Shown here: in pieces, positions 46,975 through 59,900 of the stretch | Position numbering within the stretch: position 1 is the stretch's first letter | Layout: each line of letters starts with the position of its first letter | Origin: Histomonas meleagridis 2922-C6/04-290x | Lineage: Eukaryota; Protista; Parabasalia | DNA length: 64,000 nucleotides | Assembly: GCA_020184695.1 (NCBI GenBank) | Contig: JAANOX010000117.1 | Coordinates: 1 to 64,000, forward strand | Direction: 5' to 3' | Translations under genes and position numbers: made by a program | Notes under the pieces: generated by a model | Told to the model about the DNA's origin: nothing | Databases searched by the model: none | What the model saw: the letters and a program-made list of their open reading frames with translations, nothing else

Positions 46975-47040
46975 AAGTTTAATAACATCAAATCTTGATG
47001 AATTATTTAAACGGTTGTATTTGGTGTGCCCCAAAAAAAA

Positions 47041-48021
47041 ATGATGAAAATTAGTCCCATTAAAAAAAATAAAACAGAAACAACACAGCCTCGAGTGATA
47101 ACTACTGTTACTTTAAACCCTTGTTATGATAAGACAGTCACAATTCCAAGTTTTACTTATGGCGGAATGAATCGTATCCAAAACATTACGATTGAATATG
47201 CTGGTAAAGGTTTCAATGTTTCCAAAGGTCTCGCAAACCTTGGGTATCAAACTATAGCTACAGGTTTTATTCATTCATCAGATATTGATGAAGCTTATGG
47301 ATCGCTTCTCAATGTTACACCAGACCCTATCATATGTCCTGGTAGTGCCCGTATTAATACTAAAATATATGACATATCTAAGGGCATTACTACAGAACTT
47401 AATGAACCTGGAAAAACAGTTGATTCCAAAACTATCACTCAACTTACACAAAAAATCCAAACCTTATCAGCACGTTCATCTGTTCTTATTTTTTCTGGAA
47501 GTATTCCACCCGGTTGTAAAGATGATATATATAAAGAATTAATACAAATTTCCAAACGAAACTGTCGATTTATTGTATTAGATTCATCATCCAATCCACT
47601 TAAACTTGGGATTGAATCACTTCCAAACATGATCAAACCGAACAAAGAAGAACTCGAATTGTTAATCGGTAAAAAATTGAATTCGCTTAACGAAATCAAA
47701 GATGCAGCGCTTGATCTTGTTCATCATGGAATCGAAATTGTATGTGTAACACTTGGTTCTGAAGGTGCAATCTGTGTAACAATGGAAGAATGTTTGTTTG
47801 CACCTGCTGTAAGTAACATAAATGTGAAATGCACTGTTTGTGCCGGCGATAGCTTCATTGCAGGCTTCTGTGTTGGTGTGGTGAATAACTTGAGTAAAAA
47901 GGAATGCTTCAAAATGGCTGTGGCGGCCGCTACAGCAGCTGTGGTACAAAGCGGCTCGGCTGTGGTGACGAAGGAACTGATGAACGAGTTCTTAAATAGG
48001 GTCGAAATAAGGAATATATAA
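47041..48021 (+). CDS. pfkB: 1-phosphofructokinase-family hexose kinase (PfkB/FruK/LacC type)
   Basis: TVTLNPCYD, AGKGFNVS, SGSIPPG, IKPNKEEL, VTLGSEGA and TVCAGDSFIAG motifs. First ATG at 47041; the track start at 47026 is GTG. Confidence 0.92.
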   Translation: MMKISPIKKNKTETTQPRVITTVTLNPCYDKTVTIPSFTYGGMNRIQNITIEYAGKGFNVSKGLANLGYQTIATGFIHSSDIDEAYGSLLNVTPDPIICPGSARINTKIYDISKGITTELNEPGKTVDSKTITQLTQKIQTLSARSSVLIFSGSIPPGCKDDIYKELIQISKRNCRFIVLDSSSNPLKLGIESLPNMIKPNKEELELLIGKKLNSLNEIKDAALDLVHHGIEIVCVTLGSEGAICVTMEECLFAPAVSNINVKCTVCAGDSFIAGFCVGVVNNLSKKECFKMAVAAATAAVVQSGSAVVTKELMNEFLNRVEIRNI

Positions 48022-48553
48022 AAAGGAATAAACGATTTCTCAGTTTTGTATAAGATTTGAGTAGGCATTTCTTCAGAGATGACGCATCCAAATCAGGATT
48101 TGTTTCTAGTAGGAACTAAGAAGATCTGTTTAAACAGATTCATAAAATTTAAGAATGTTGTTTTTAATTTTTTTAGAGATTTTCAAGATCATTTCTTTTT
48201 GTTTTAAAATAACATCTAATTGAGAATTTGATATAACATAATTTGAATGTATTCATATACTAAAAATATGGTTTGTCTATCTTTTGTTGAAGAAAACACG
48301 GTAGTAATTACAAGCAAAATTTCTCATGTTTGAATTTTTGATTTAGGTCAAATCCATTTGGATTTTCTTGTGTTTGTACTGTACTGTTCAATATATTTTG
48401 GTTTACCACTATTTTGATATCCTTTTAACTCTAAATTTAGAGATATTGTTGGCATGTTATTTGCTTTTTAGATATTCATTTGGTAAGACTTGTTTTTCAT
48501 ATTGAATTGTTCTTAGAATATTTATCCTCTATTTTACCAGAAATTACCTTTTT

Positions 48554-48555
<2 letters not shown>

Positions 48556-48589
<34 letters not shown>
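48556..48589. repeat. (TA)n microsatellite
   Basis: Uninterrupted TA run of about 17 units. Confidence 0.95.
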
Positions 48590-48592
<3 letters not shown>

Positions 48593-48649
48593 TTGTTTCT
48601 AGTATAAAATTAATATTTACATAATCGTTGTAATATTTTAAAGGATATA

Positions 48650-49560
48650 AAAATTAATAATTATCACCAATTATTACGTTTCGAAGAGATGCACAATAGT
48701 TCAAAATTACTTGAATTACCATCAAAAATTTCTCTCTTTATATATATGGTCCTAACCAATAACTATTAGCTTGACCTTGATATGGTTTTGGTTGGTAATT
48801 TCTATATTTTAAAAAATATTAATCAAATTCCTTGGATTATTAAATTAAGAATTAGAGTTTTATATTTTCGAAATTCACAATCACATAAATTTGATTCTTT
48901 AAATTCCTTTTATAATGAAATTATGATTAAAATTCTCAGAGAATAATTGATAATTAATGTTGACATAGTAAAAATAAATGAAAACAGATCAATATAAAAT
49001 GATCTTTTATTTTATGATCAAGCTTCCAATGATTCCTTCACCGCACATAAATAGTTTTTACATGATTGTTTTTTTAAAAAAAGCATTTATATATAAAATC
49101 TGCAAATACATTTTTGATTAAAAAGTAGAACTAATTTCAATTTTTCTTACTCGTTTACTGGATATGCTTTAGGAATTAAATCTATAAGTTGATGATTATT
49201 TTCTTTTGTTGGACACTCCATATATGAGAAAGCATTAATTTCTGCTGAAATTTGATTTGGTTAGATGGAAAATCCTTCAGATGTTTTCATATTTGTTCTA
49301 GCATTTTGTTCCAAGAAGAATAACCGGTGGGATATTTTGAAAATATTTTTGGGTTCAACATATATAGCGGATGTACATAAATGAACCAATATCAAAAAAT
49401 ACTGAAAAAAAGAATTAATACTTTATATTGGAAAATCACGTTTTCTGCGTAGTCCTATTGTAGGGACACATCTAGTGGGATGTGTACCTGGATATCAACA
49501 TATTTTTGGAGATTTGCATTCAATGATCACAAAGTAATCGACAAGTTAACTCAAAACATG
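48650..49560 (-). pseudogene. Heavily decayed Rho/Rac-like GTPase relic(s)
   Basis: Scattered minus-strand pieces FQNIPPVILLGTKC, AEINAFSYMECPTKEN, KLFMCGEGIIG and IKVKLIVIG among many stops. Confidence 0.45.
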
Positions 49561-49689
49561 ATACAGGTTTGCTTTTCAACATTATGATATCCCATAATTA
49601 ATGTTTTAATTTCTTTTGATCCATTTTAGGAATTTTCGTTTTTTAACCGTTTTGCCTCACAACTGTATTTTGCGGCACTTTTTAAGTCG

Positions 49690-50385
49690 ATGAAGGGATG
49701 CAGCTCCCCCAAAAAAAACATTGCTGACGTCGAAAAAGAATTTATTACCCACACCAGTAGTACAAATGCCAGATCGTTTAAATTATGCTGTTGTTGTTAT
49801 AAGAATAAATTCAAACATTCTGAAAAAGATAAAGATAAGATTATTTTAGAAGACATAAACACATCAGAGAAGATGCTTGTTTTAGACTTAGACGAGACTC
49901 TTGTTCATTGTTCATTTTATCCACTTGATTATTTTGATGAGCGTACTTCAATAATGATCGAAGGTGTACCTTATGATATATATATTCAAAAAAGGCCGGG
50001 AGTAGATGAGTTTCTGAAATTTGCGATGAAGAACTTTATTGTTGTTATATTCACAGCATCTCTCCCACAATACGCCAACCCAATAATTGACATACTTTGT
50101 CCGAATTTGCCTCAAAGTCAGCGACTTTTCAGAGACAAGTGCACTTTTTGTGATGGATTGTACGTTAAGGATTTGAAAGTTTTCCAGTTCCCTTTGGAAA
50201 AGATTATTATCATAGATAACAACCCTTGTTCTTTTATGTTGCAACCTGATAACGCTATATTAAGTATAACGTGGGAAGGAGATAAAAATGATAATGAATT
50301 AATGGATACAATTTATGAAGTGCTTCGAAATTGTCTTAATGCTAATGATGTGAGAAACGTTTTAAGAAAAAGGAAAACTTTGTAG
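49690..50385 (+). CDS. SCP/CTDSP-type (NLI-interacting factor, FCP1-homology) HAD phosphatase
   Basis: LVLDLDETLVH, KRPGVDEFL, FTASLPQYA, YVKDL and IIIDNNP motifs. Confidence 0.95.
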   Translation: MKGCSSPKKNIADVEKEFITHTSSTNARSFKLCCCCYKNKFKHSEKDKDKIILEDINTSEKMLVLDLDETLVHCSFYPLDYFDERTSIMIEGVPYDIYIQKRPGVDEFLKFAMKNFIVVIFTASLPQYANPIIDILCPNLPQSQRLFRDKCTFCDGLYVKDLKVFQFPLEKIIIIDNNPCSFMLQPDNAILSITWEGDKNDNELMDTIYEVLRNCLNANDVRNVLRKRKTL

Positions 50386-50814
50386 ATATTGATATCATCA
50401 ATATAAGATTGTATGTGCGTGTTAAGTAAATTGTTTATAATAGCTTTATTTTTTTTCAAGAAATAATCAGCTATGTAAATTTTCTGTGTAAGCTTTTAAG
50501 TACATATCAGATATGAGTTCTGAGTGCAGTAAAGTATAAATAACAATCTATTTGAGAAATGATAAAATCTTTAAATCCTTTAAAGGTAAAAACAAATCGT
50601 TTTAATAGATAAAATGAGATATCTCCTTATCATTTTAACCTATCAAAAAGAAAAATAGAGATTTTCTATATAAATTTTTTTTTGCTTTTTCAAATTATTT
50701 TAAAAAGATAATAGACACAGCGCATAAATTCCCATTGATGTGGATGTTAATCTTCAAAAAGAAAAAATATTTTTTCTAATTTAACAAACCCCAGTCAATC
50801 AAATAACGTATTAA

Positions 50815-52848
50815 ATGGCGGAAGAAGAAGAACACAAACAAAAACTTACAACAGAAGAAGAAGTTCGAGAACTTAGTATTAAAAATACACGTAATTTATA
50901 TCAGCTTTTAATTACTAAATCAAGTAAAGAAATCAAGCAACAAAAAAAATTCCAAGATCGTGATTCACATTTTGGAACAGAAGGACTTATAGAACATCGA
51001 TCATATAAAGATTCGAATTACGAACTTAAATATCAAATTCAAGATATAGGAATACAATCTTCTTCAATGACAAAAGAAAATCAAGGCCAAACTCGATGGA
51101 TACGACAAGTTAATTCTAATACCCAAAGTAAATATTTGAGTCTCACTGACGAAGAAAAACAAAAAATTCTACAAAGTGATGAATTTTTAGAATTTGTCCA
51201 TAAAGTTACAGATCGAGTATCACCAATTTTGACATCCAATTATTTAACTAATTTATTTGAAGATGAATTAAAAGGAATCAAAGCCATTGATATAACCTTA
51301 GTCAAAAGTTTTAGTATTACACAACTTCAAGAATCATTTATATTAAAAGATGCGCGTTTTAATTATAAAATCAATTATATAGACTGGATGCCAAATCATG
51401 ATAACGTATTAGGTGTTTCATTTTCACGTGTTAATGAATACGAAGAATATTTAAATGAGCGTAGTAAAGGAAGCATTGAATATATATTTATATGGAACTT
51501 CGAAAGTATTTTACATCCACAATATATATTAGAGACGCCATCGATAGTGAACATCTTTAAATTCCATCCGCAGTTAGAAAACATTATAATCTGCGGCTGT
51601 TTTAATGGGCAAATATTATTATTTGATTTAAATGATAAGAACACATTAGTTAATCAAGAACTTCGTAACAATTATTCAACAGAAGATTCATTTAGTCAAA
51701 TATATCATAGTAAATATAGTAGTTTTTTAATATTAGCAACAAATTTATCTACAAAGAATTCCACCGAAATAATTACTGATCTTCAATGGATCGAAAATCA
51801 ACAACGAATTACACGTATAGGAGAAATAGAAACTAATGAAACGATTACCGAATTTATTACATTATCTATGGATGGCCGATTAATTATATGGGATATTAAC
51901 TTTGAGAATAATCATATTCATTCTAATGTCGAGTTATATTTACCAGGCTCATCATTAATTAATGAATGGACTCCGATATTTACAATGAATTTATATAAGT
52001 CGCAACAAAATAACATATTAATTCCAAGTAAATATTTCCAACTAAAAGTTAATAAAAAAGAAGAAATAACTGGAGATATAAATGTTATTACTGACGAAGG
52101 GGAAATTATAATATTTAATTGGCTTAATGGTCAAGATCGCACTATTTTAGGGAGACAAAATCCACAAATATTAAAACGAACACAAATATTATATCATAGT
52201 GCAATTAATTTTATAATTTCTCCATTTTTAAAGAAGTTTTATTTATGTTGTGATCAATCATATATAGTATTAATATATTTATCAAAAAATATCGAAGAAT
52301 TATATCGAAGTTCAATACGGAATTCGAATATAACATGCGGAATATTTTCGCCAAGTAGACCATCGATATTTTATATCGGGAAAGAAAATGGAGAAGTTGA
52401 AATATGGTCATTATTAGATAAAAGTTATGAATGTTTATTTACTCAATCTTTATCAAGTCATAAAATAACTTATTTAAGTTTTAATAATAATAAACAAGAT
52501 TTATTATCTGTGGGATGTAATGATGGGTCTATAATTATATATAAAATTCCTGAGTTTTTATTAAATAAATTACCAAACGAAGAAAATAATTTAAAGGATT
52601 TCATAAAACAACAAAGAAATTATTATAATCAAACAGAAAATAGATTCTCAATTAGAAATAGTAATAATGATAATAAAAATAAAGACGAAAAGGATCAAAA
52701 CGTTGAACAAGAAAATAAAGAGAATCAAAATGAAGAAGAAGATGAAGCTGATGATAAAATAGATCAAGAATTGGTACAATTCGAACGCGAATATAGTAAA
52801 ATTTGTAAAGAATTCGAAATTCTTGAAAAAGAACAATTTAATTATTAA
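50815..52848 (+). CDS. WD40 axonemal dynein intermediate chain (WDR63/DNAI3-like)
   Basis: ILETPSIVNIFKFHP, CGCFNGQILLFDL, CGIFSPSRPSIFYIGKENGEVEIWSLLD and LLSVGCNDGSIIIY are typical of dynein IC WD repeats. Confidence 0.8.
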   Translation: MAEEEEHKQKLTTEEEVRELSIKNTRNLYQLLITKSSKEIKQQKKFQDRDSHFGTEGLIEHRSYKDSNYELKYQIQDIGIQSSSMTKENQGQTRWIRQVNSNTQSKYLSLTDEEKQKILQSDEFLEFVHKVTDRVSPILTSNYLTNLFEDELKGIKAIDITLVKSFSITQLQESFILKDARFNYKINYIDWMPNHDNVLGVSFSRVNEYEEYLNERSKGSIEYIFIWNFESILHPQYILETPSIVNIFKFHPQLENIIICGCFNGQILLFDLNDKNTLVNQELRNNYSTEDSFSQIYHSKYSSFLILATNLSTKNSTEIITDLQWIENQQRITRIGEIETNETITEFITLSMDGRLIIWDINFENNHIHSNVELYLPGSSLINEWTPIFTMNLYKSQQNNILIPSKYFQLKVNKKEEITGDINVITDEGEIIIFNWLNGQDRTILGRQNPQILKRTQILYHSAINFIISPFLKKFYLCCDQSYIVLIYLSKNIEELYRSSIRNSNITCGIFSPSRPSIFYIGKENGEVEIWSLLDKSYECLFTQSLSSHKITYLSFNNNKQDLLSVGCNDGSIIIYKIPEFLLNKLPNEENNLKDFIKQQRNYYNQTENRFSIRNSNNDNKNKDEKDQNVEQENKENQNEEEDEADDKIDQELVQFEREYSKICKEFEILEKEQFNY

Positions 52849-53062
52849 TAAATGTTTTATTAAATATAATTTTTTTCATTAAAAACTTTTTTAGACACAT
52901 TTATTTTCTTTTCGCAAATTTGTATCTATATACCGTTACTTAGATATAAAATTATTGGAAATTTCGACAATTCATCCATATATATCGGACATTCTACAAT
53001 CTTGATATTACAAATATGTAGTATACATTAGTGATTGATTAAATTAATATTTGGGTAATAAA

Positions 53063-53148
53063 TGATCGTTTAGCTGAATGATTAGTAAATTTGTGTTGAA
53101 ATTGATCGTCTTTAATTGATTCCCAATTCAAAAAACCGCTACGATGTG
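53063..53148. repeat. Second copy of the dispersed non-coding element at 694-750
   Basis: Reverse complement contains the same three blocks in a different order. Confidence 0.7.
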
Positions 53149-53308
53149 AGGAAAAATCAATAGAAATACATATTTTTAATTGGCACTAATGGTGGGCCTA
53201 TTATTATGTTATCTCATTTATACAGTAAGAGATTTTCATTTTAACTTTTTTGAATTTTCAACTTTTTCACTAGTTTATTTTAATCAAATTTGAGTTGATA
53301 TATCCGTG

Positions 53309-54941
53309 ATGAAAATTTTCCACATGAAACCAAAGGAACATTGCGACTGGGAAACACTTCTATCAATAAATCAAGCAATTTTTAGTTTGAATGAAGAAAA
53401 TTTCTCTAGATCTTTAGGTTTAATAACCCACAATTATGATGAAATCCATCCTTTATCTTATGATTTAATGATTATTCAAATGATATATTATTCCTTTGTA
53501 ATTAAAAATAATAATGTTGAAATATTTTTTAATATTATAAAGGAAATAAGAACATTTGAAGAGATTAATAAAATCAAATCTAATATATTTGATATATTTG
53601 GGCAATTTCTTAATAATAAGCATACACATGAATCATATTATCTTCTTGAAGCTATGATTGAACGTGATTTTCTTGAACCAAACATTGTAAAAAACAACAA
53701 TAGTGTTTATTTTGTACATTATATGTCTAAAGAAGAATTAGCAATCCTTTTAAGGAAATATGGTTTTGTAAATTATGAAGAACTTTCAAAGAATGATTGG
53801 GAGCTTCATAAGAAATATGTCAAAGAAGGAGTTAATCCAAATGAAATAGCAAAAATAATTCGAAATGATGAAATCGAAAAACTTCAAGAAATATCATCAC
53901 AAAATGAATTCGATTTTAATCAAACAATTGAACCATCACTTTATGAAAGATGTTCATTTATTAATCAAAGAAATGTTACACTAATTGATTATGCAGCATT
54001 TTTTTCTTCTGTTAAATGTTTTAAATATTTACTTATGAATAATGCTAAAGTAGAAAATACAGGTAAGTATGCAATTGCAGGTGGAAACGAAGAAATCATT
54101 CATTTATGTGAACAAAATCATTCAACATTTATAGATGCATATGAAACAGCAATTGAATTTCATAGAAATGATATTTTTCATTATCTTTATGAAAACAAAT
54201 TAGAAGAAATTAATAATTTAGAAGAATTAGGATAGCTTTGTGTTTTATATCATAATTATGAAATATTTTCATTTTTACTTAAAGAAGGAATCAAAATCAA
54301 TGATGATATTATTAATGAAGCAGCAATTATTGGAAATATTTTTTTAGTTGAATATTTTCTTAAAGAGCATTCTATTTCGCCTGATATTTTGGTATATTCA
54401 ATTAGATCAAGAAATATTGAACTTATTGAATACGTTTTAAAACAAAAAGGAATTGATATTAATGCTAAAAATATTTATTTGTTTTATTTGATATTTATTT
54501 TGATAATTTCTTATTTCAAAATAAAATTTGGAAATTATTTAAATTATTTTGGACGGCACTTATTAGAGCATCTTGGAAAGGTCATACAGAAATAGTTAAA
54601 TTATTTCTTGAACAAGAAGGAATTGATATTAATTCTAAAAATATTTATTTGTTTTATTTAAAATTTATTTGAATAATTTTATGTTTCAAAATAATATTTC
54701 AAAATTATTTAAATTATTTAGAACAGCACTTATGTATGCATCTTCAAATGATCATACAGAAATAGTTAAATTACTTCTTGAACAAGAAGGAATTGATATT
54801 AATGCTAAATATATTTATTTGTTTTATTTCATATTTCAAAATATTATTTGGAACTTATCCAAAATATTTGAAACAGCACATATGTTTGCATCTAGATATG
54901 GTTATACAGAAATAGTTAAATTACTTCTTGAACAAGAATGA
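53309..54941 (+). CDS. Second DUF3447-type ankyrin gene with an in-frame TAG and insert-interrupted ankyrin repeats (possibly a pseudogene)
   Basis: Paralogous to 6129-7349. The frame continues past TAG at 54233-54235 into ORF 54389; ankyrin cores at 54553, 54723 and 54873 follow gaps of 80, 80 and 60 nt; last core ends at GAA TGA (54939-54941). Confidence 0.7.
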
Positions 54942-55368
54942 ATTATTACCAATAGTAAAAATATTTATTTGTTCTAATAATTTGGTATATCAAAATAAAA
55001 TCTAGATTAGAATATCTATTAAAGAAGGCATAGATAGGATTAATTTGATAAAGCTCAATTACATAATTCTAAAAAACATGGGTAGCACAATCTCATTTTT
55101 TTAACATTGTGTGTTAAAATATTCATTTTGATGAATTATGAACGTCTCTTTAATCCGTCTCTATAAAAAATTCCATAAAAATTTTAATATTTATCCTGAT
55201 GAATTTATTTTCCCTTTGTATGAAAATAAAAAACCTGATTAACTAAATGACCATTACCACATTATCAATAAAATTTGTGAATTATCCAAAAATATAATTT
55301 ATTCCACAAATACTTGTAAAAAAATATACATAAAATTATATTTACTAATAAATAACAAAACAATAATT

Positions 55369-56898
55369 TTAATTTCTTTTCTTTTTAAACTTTCTTTCTT
55401 GTTCCCATACTCCAGCATTGTACGATTTCTTTGTAAAAGAAGAAAGCTGTGTATCATAATAACCAGGACCGATTTCATCCATTTTTCTCTTTTTCTCATT
55501 TGAACTTTTTGGGAAAGAAATTTTAGTACTTTTATTAATTGATCTATCGATCATATAATGATCCGGTGGAGGAGCGCAATGATCAGCTCCATTTGATACC
55601 CAATCACCGATTTCTTTATATCTTGTATTTAATATTTTTATTGATTTATTATTATTATCAATTTTTACATTATATTCGGCAGGAGAAGGAGAGTCATTAT
55701 TTAATGTTTTCATTCGGACGCTTTTATCCATAAACGCAGGACTACTTTTATTCTTAACTGACTCGAAATTATTACTCGAAATGTTATAACTTCCAGGTCC
55801 AATATTTTCATATGTTTCATTTGATCTTAGCTTATGATTTATGGATTTACTCTTGAATTGATACGTTTCTGGCCCATTTTTTGCATTTCGATTAATGGTA
55901 TAATCTGATGGACCTGGAAATTGTGAATCGATTTCTTTATGAAATCGAACATCGCCTGATCCAAATCCAACACCGGGGAAAATATGTTGTGATTTATTAT
56001 GTGTGGTTTGATATGATGTCGGTGATGGTGTATGTTGATCATTGACAAATATATCGCGTTTAGATTTTGATTGAAATACAGAATTAGGACCATTAGGCAC
56101 TTTGTAATGGACAGGAGGTGGAAGATAATCAACAGAAAAAGACTGTTTTGGTAATGGATATTTATCTTTAATAGTAATTGGGAGTTTTGTGTTCTGTGAA
56201 AATTGGGGATGATACTTATCAGGCGGCGGAGCTGACGTTGTACGACACCAGTAATCATGATTTTCTTTCTCATGTGAAAGAATTTGGGATTTTCGAGAAT
56301 CTGATTGAATATTTGGATTATATGTACCTGGTCCAATATCTGCTGGAGAACGGTCTGTATTCTTCTGAACAAAACAACCATTTTCATCAAGATAATTACA
56401 TAATGGTGTGGATGATCTTTTATGATTGATTTTTTTTGGATGATAAGTTGGTAAAATTTGTTTTTGATGGTGAGTCCATTTTTGTAATTTACCATATTCT
56501 GTTGGTGAAGGAATATTGTTTGAAGAAAAAATCGAACGTTCTGTTTGGGATTTAAAAACGGAATTTTCTCCTCTATAAATATTTTGTTTTTCAGTTGTAT
56601 TGTAAAATCCAGGGCCAGGTGTATTAAATTCTTGAGTTTTTAATGTAATTCTTTGTTGTTTTGGAATTGTTGCATATTTTAAATTTAAAGAATTATCTCC
56701 TATATTATATGATCCTGGTCCAACATTTCTTTGTGTATTTTTATTTGCTAAATTAAATTTCCGGTTCGAACTTTGTTTCCAAGTCATTCGAACCGCTGCT
56801 GCATAACGTATTTCCACTTTTCTCAGCGGGTAATTCAGTTTGACGATCAAATCTCTCAAACGACTTTTACTGATAAGCTTCTGAAAATTGGAAACCAT
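55369..56898 (-). CDS. SHIPPO/sperm-tail PG-rich repeat protein (axonemal)
   Basis: Repeated VGPGSY, PGPGFY, PSPTEY, IGPGTY and PGPSDY motifs. The true start may be the ATG at 56787. Confidence 0.85.
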   Translation of the reverse strand: MVSNFQKLISKSRLRDLIVKLNYPLRKVEIRYAAAVRMTWKQSSNRKFNLANKNTQRNVGPGSYNIGDNSLNLKYATIPKQQRITLKTQEFNTPGPGFYNTTEKQNIYRGENSVFKSQTERSIFSSNNIPSPTEYGKLQKWTHHQKQILPTYHPKKINHKRSSTPLCNYLDENGCFVQKNTDRSPADIGPGTYNPNIQSDSRKSQILSHEKENHDYWCRTTSAPPPDKYHPQFSQNTKLPITIKDKYPLPKQSFSVDYLPPPVHYKVPNGPNSVFQSKSKRDIFVNDQHTPSPTSYQTTHNKSQHIFPGVGFGSGDVRFHKEIDSQFPGPSDYTINRNAKNGPETYQFKSKSINHKLRSNETYENIGPGSYNISSNNFESVKNKSSPAFMDKSVRMKTLNNDSPSPAEYNVKIDNNNKSIKILNTRYKEIGDWVSNGADHCAPPPDHYMIDRSINKSTKISFPKSSNEKKRKMDEIGPGYYDTQLSSFTKKSYNAGVWEQERKFKKKRN

Positions 56899-56937
56899 TC
56901 CGATAACAAAACCGCTAGAAAGGAAAGTTGTACCTAA

Positions 56938-59900
56938 ATGATTTCTATTACATTTCCATTAATTTTTCTTCCTATTCTGACATTATCAGCGGAAGAAAAT
57001 TGTTCATACGAATATTTTGATCAGATTTATTTAGGATCAGATGGTTATAATATTTCAGATTCAAATTATTATTGTTATCAACCATATGGATCAGAAGAAT
57101 ATTATCTTAGAGGTACACGATTCACAGTGCATTCAAATACAAGCGCTATAACAGGAAATCTTACACTTAATTTTCGAACATTTCAGATAGTTAGAGTTGA
57201 AGTTTACATGCATGCTCTTTTACCTTATCAAGAGGCACAAAAACTTTTGATTGTTAGCGAAGGTCGACTTGATATTCAAGATGTTGAAGGAGTTCAATTA
57301 TCTTATTTTTCAACAAATGCTTTAGAAGTTAATTATCAACCACAAAGGCCAACAGTATCTAGTTATTGTGTATGTCTAAGGTCACGTCTTGAATCATGTA
57401 AACAAGAAGAATCATGTTATTCTGTTGGAGTTCCAATTGAAAAATACTATCAAACACAAGACAAAAATCTTGGAAGACTTATAGCAGAAGATCCAGCTCC
57501 AGTTGTTAACATTTATTTCCCAGATAATTCTGGTATAGCCGATTATCGATTTGATTTTTATCGAAATCTTATTGGATTTCCAGAAACAAAAACAATCAAC
57601 TTTAGGTCATTCCAAACCTCTGCTTCTACCTCTCTTAAAGTTTATTTTAGTCAAACTGCCACAAATGATTATCCCATGAAATTAAATTTCTTAGGTATTA
57701 CAAAACTACGTATCAAAGACAGGGACAATGTAGCCTTATCTCTTGAAGATATGAAAGTAGAACAACTTACATTAGTTAATACCCGACTTGAAGTTAATAG
57801 TGGTGAAACATTAACTATCCCGACATTAGTTGGCGATTTTAATTCTTTAGGAACTGGTGTTGCAGGTACAATCAGCATTACTAAAGACCTTTATATAAAT
57901 GAGTCTACAGCGAGTGACTTAAGCGGCATCACTCTTCAAAAAGGTTCAACTTTACATCTATTCAAAATCTCTGAATTCCCGACCATTCAAATTTTCAGTG
58001 ACCACATTCAATTCAGTAATTCTAATGAACGTACTATGATCGTCTCATCCACAACACAATGTAATTTTATCTTTCAAGATTCATCACCATTAAGTGAAAT
58101 CCCTATTTCTATTACAAATGAAGAAGCACCAACTACATTTCAACCTAATATTACATTTTTAATTAATTCTAATATGATTATTTCATTTAGTCAACATGAA
58201 AACAATAATGAAAACATCCAATATACCATTATGTCACAAACGATTTCGATTCGATCCATCTTTTTAACAATGACTGGTTCATATAATAACTTAAACTTTG
58301 TTGGGTTTATTAATATATATTTAATGTCTATTGAAACAGCCGGCGGATTTTTTAATGGAGTTGTTGAACGAAATGTATCATATGCGATGTTAAATTGTAC
58401 GAACACTAATTTATCGATTACATTTAAACCTGATAATATTATCAACATTAATGAGAATGATATTCATATTACTGTTGATACATTTTATATTGCATCTACA
58501 GCACAAAGTATTGAAATGGAAGTTGCAAATGGTGTTACCGAATTTATAAACTTAACATTTTTAATTGAATCTGATATAACTATTTCATTTGATCAGTCAT
58601 TTGAATCAATAACATCAGATACAATTAAAAACATACAAATTTTACATTTATTCAACAATTTATTAATGACTACAACTGGTTCAGTAGTACCATTAGTTGA
58701 TGTAAATGATTCTGTTTATAATGTATTATATGAAGGTACATTAACTGATATAACAATTTCTCCTTCAACGAATTTCTCAAATTCTAATTTTAGAACAGGT
58801 CCAAAACTAAACATTAATTGTGAATCAGGTAATATATTAATGCCACAATCATCCATTCTTGCAAAAAACTCAAGTTTTACATTAAAAGATGATACTACAT
58901 TAACAATATTATATAAGAATTCTTCATTAGTATCATATTCATTTGAGAATGGTAATGTAATATTTCAACTTGAAGAAAACTCTACAGTTAATAAATTCGA
59001 ATCGAACTCATTAATATTAACAAATACGAACATACAAAACACAAACAATTTACCATATGTCGTTAAAAATCTTGAATTTAGTCTTTCGTCACTTAATGAA
59101 CAATCATTTCCATCATTAACAGTTAAAGAGCAATGTTTCATTAATGATAATACAATTACTTCATTAACATTTGGTAATTATTCATTAATTGTAGCAAACT
59201 CTAATACTAAATCACCAATAATATATAAAGAACAAAATGGTGTCTTTAATATTAATACAAGTTCAAGTTCATTAACACTTTATTCATCTGAAGAAGCGTT
59301 ACCTAATAATGTAAATATATATTTAACAGAAAGTAATAACATACAATTACATTTCGATAAAAGTTGGTATCGCTCTTTAATTCCAAATGATTTCATAATA
59401 ATAACAGACGCAACAAATGTCGAAGTATCAACAGATTTATTATATATGCCAACTATAAACATTGTAAATTCGGCTGGTCAACAAATACAATTCACTGCAA
59501 CTGAACATAAATCTGATTATACTGCGAACCTCGCGTTTTATATATTCATTGGCATTATCGGAGTATTATTTGTGATTTCATTGATTTTATGCTTTTGTCG
59601 AAATGAAGAAATGGATATCTCTTCATCAGATGAAGATGACGAAAGTATTATCATTAACAAAGAAACAGATAAAAAATCTGAAGAAGAATCTTCAAGTGAT
59701 AATAAACAAATTGAAGTCGTTGATAATCAAAAAGATACAAATGTTAAACAAGAAGAAAAGAAAAATAATGCAAAAACAACTGAAAACAATATTAAATCTT
59801 CAAGCGATGATAAAGAACTTAATACAATCGTCGAAAATCCGGACTCAAGTACTTCAACTGATAGAAAAGCTAAGAAGACAAAGCCAAAGAAACCTAAAGC

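Noticed and set aside
48060-48500. Possible protein-kinase relic on the minus strand (TIFLVYEYIQ)
   Set aside because: A single short motif amid many stops; not enough to support a call.
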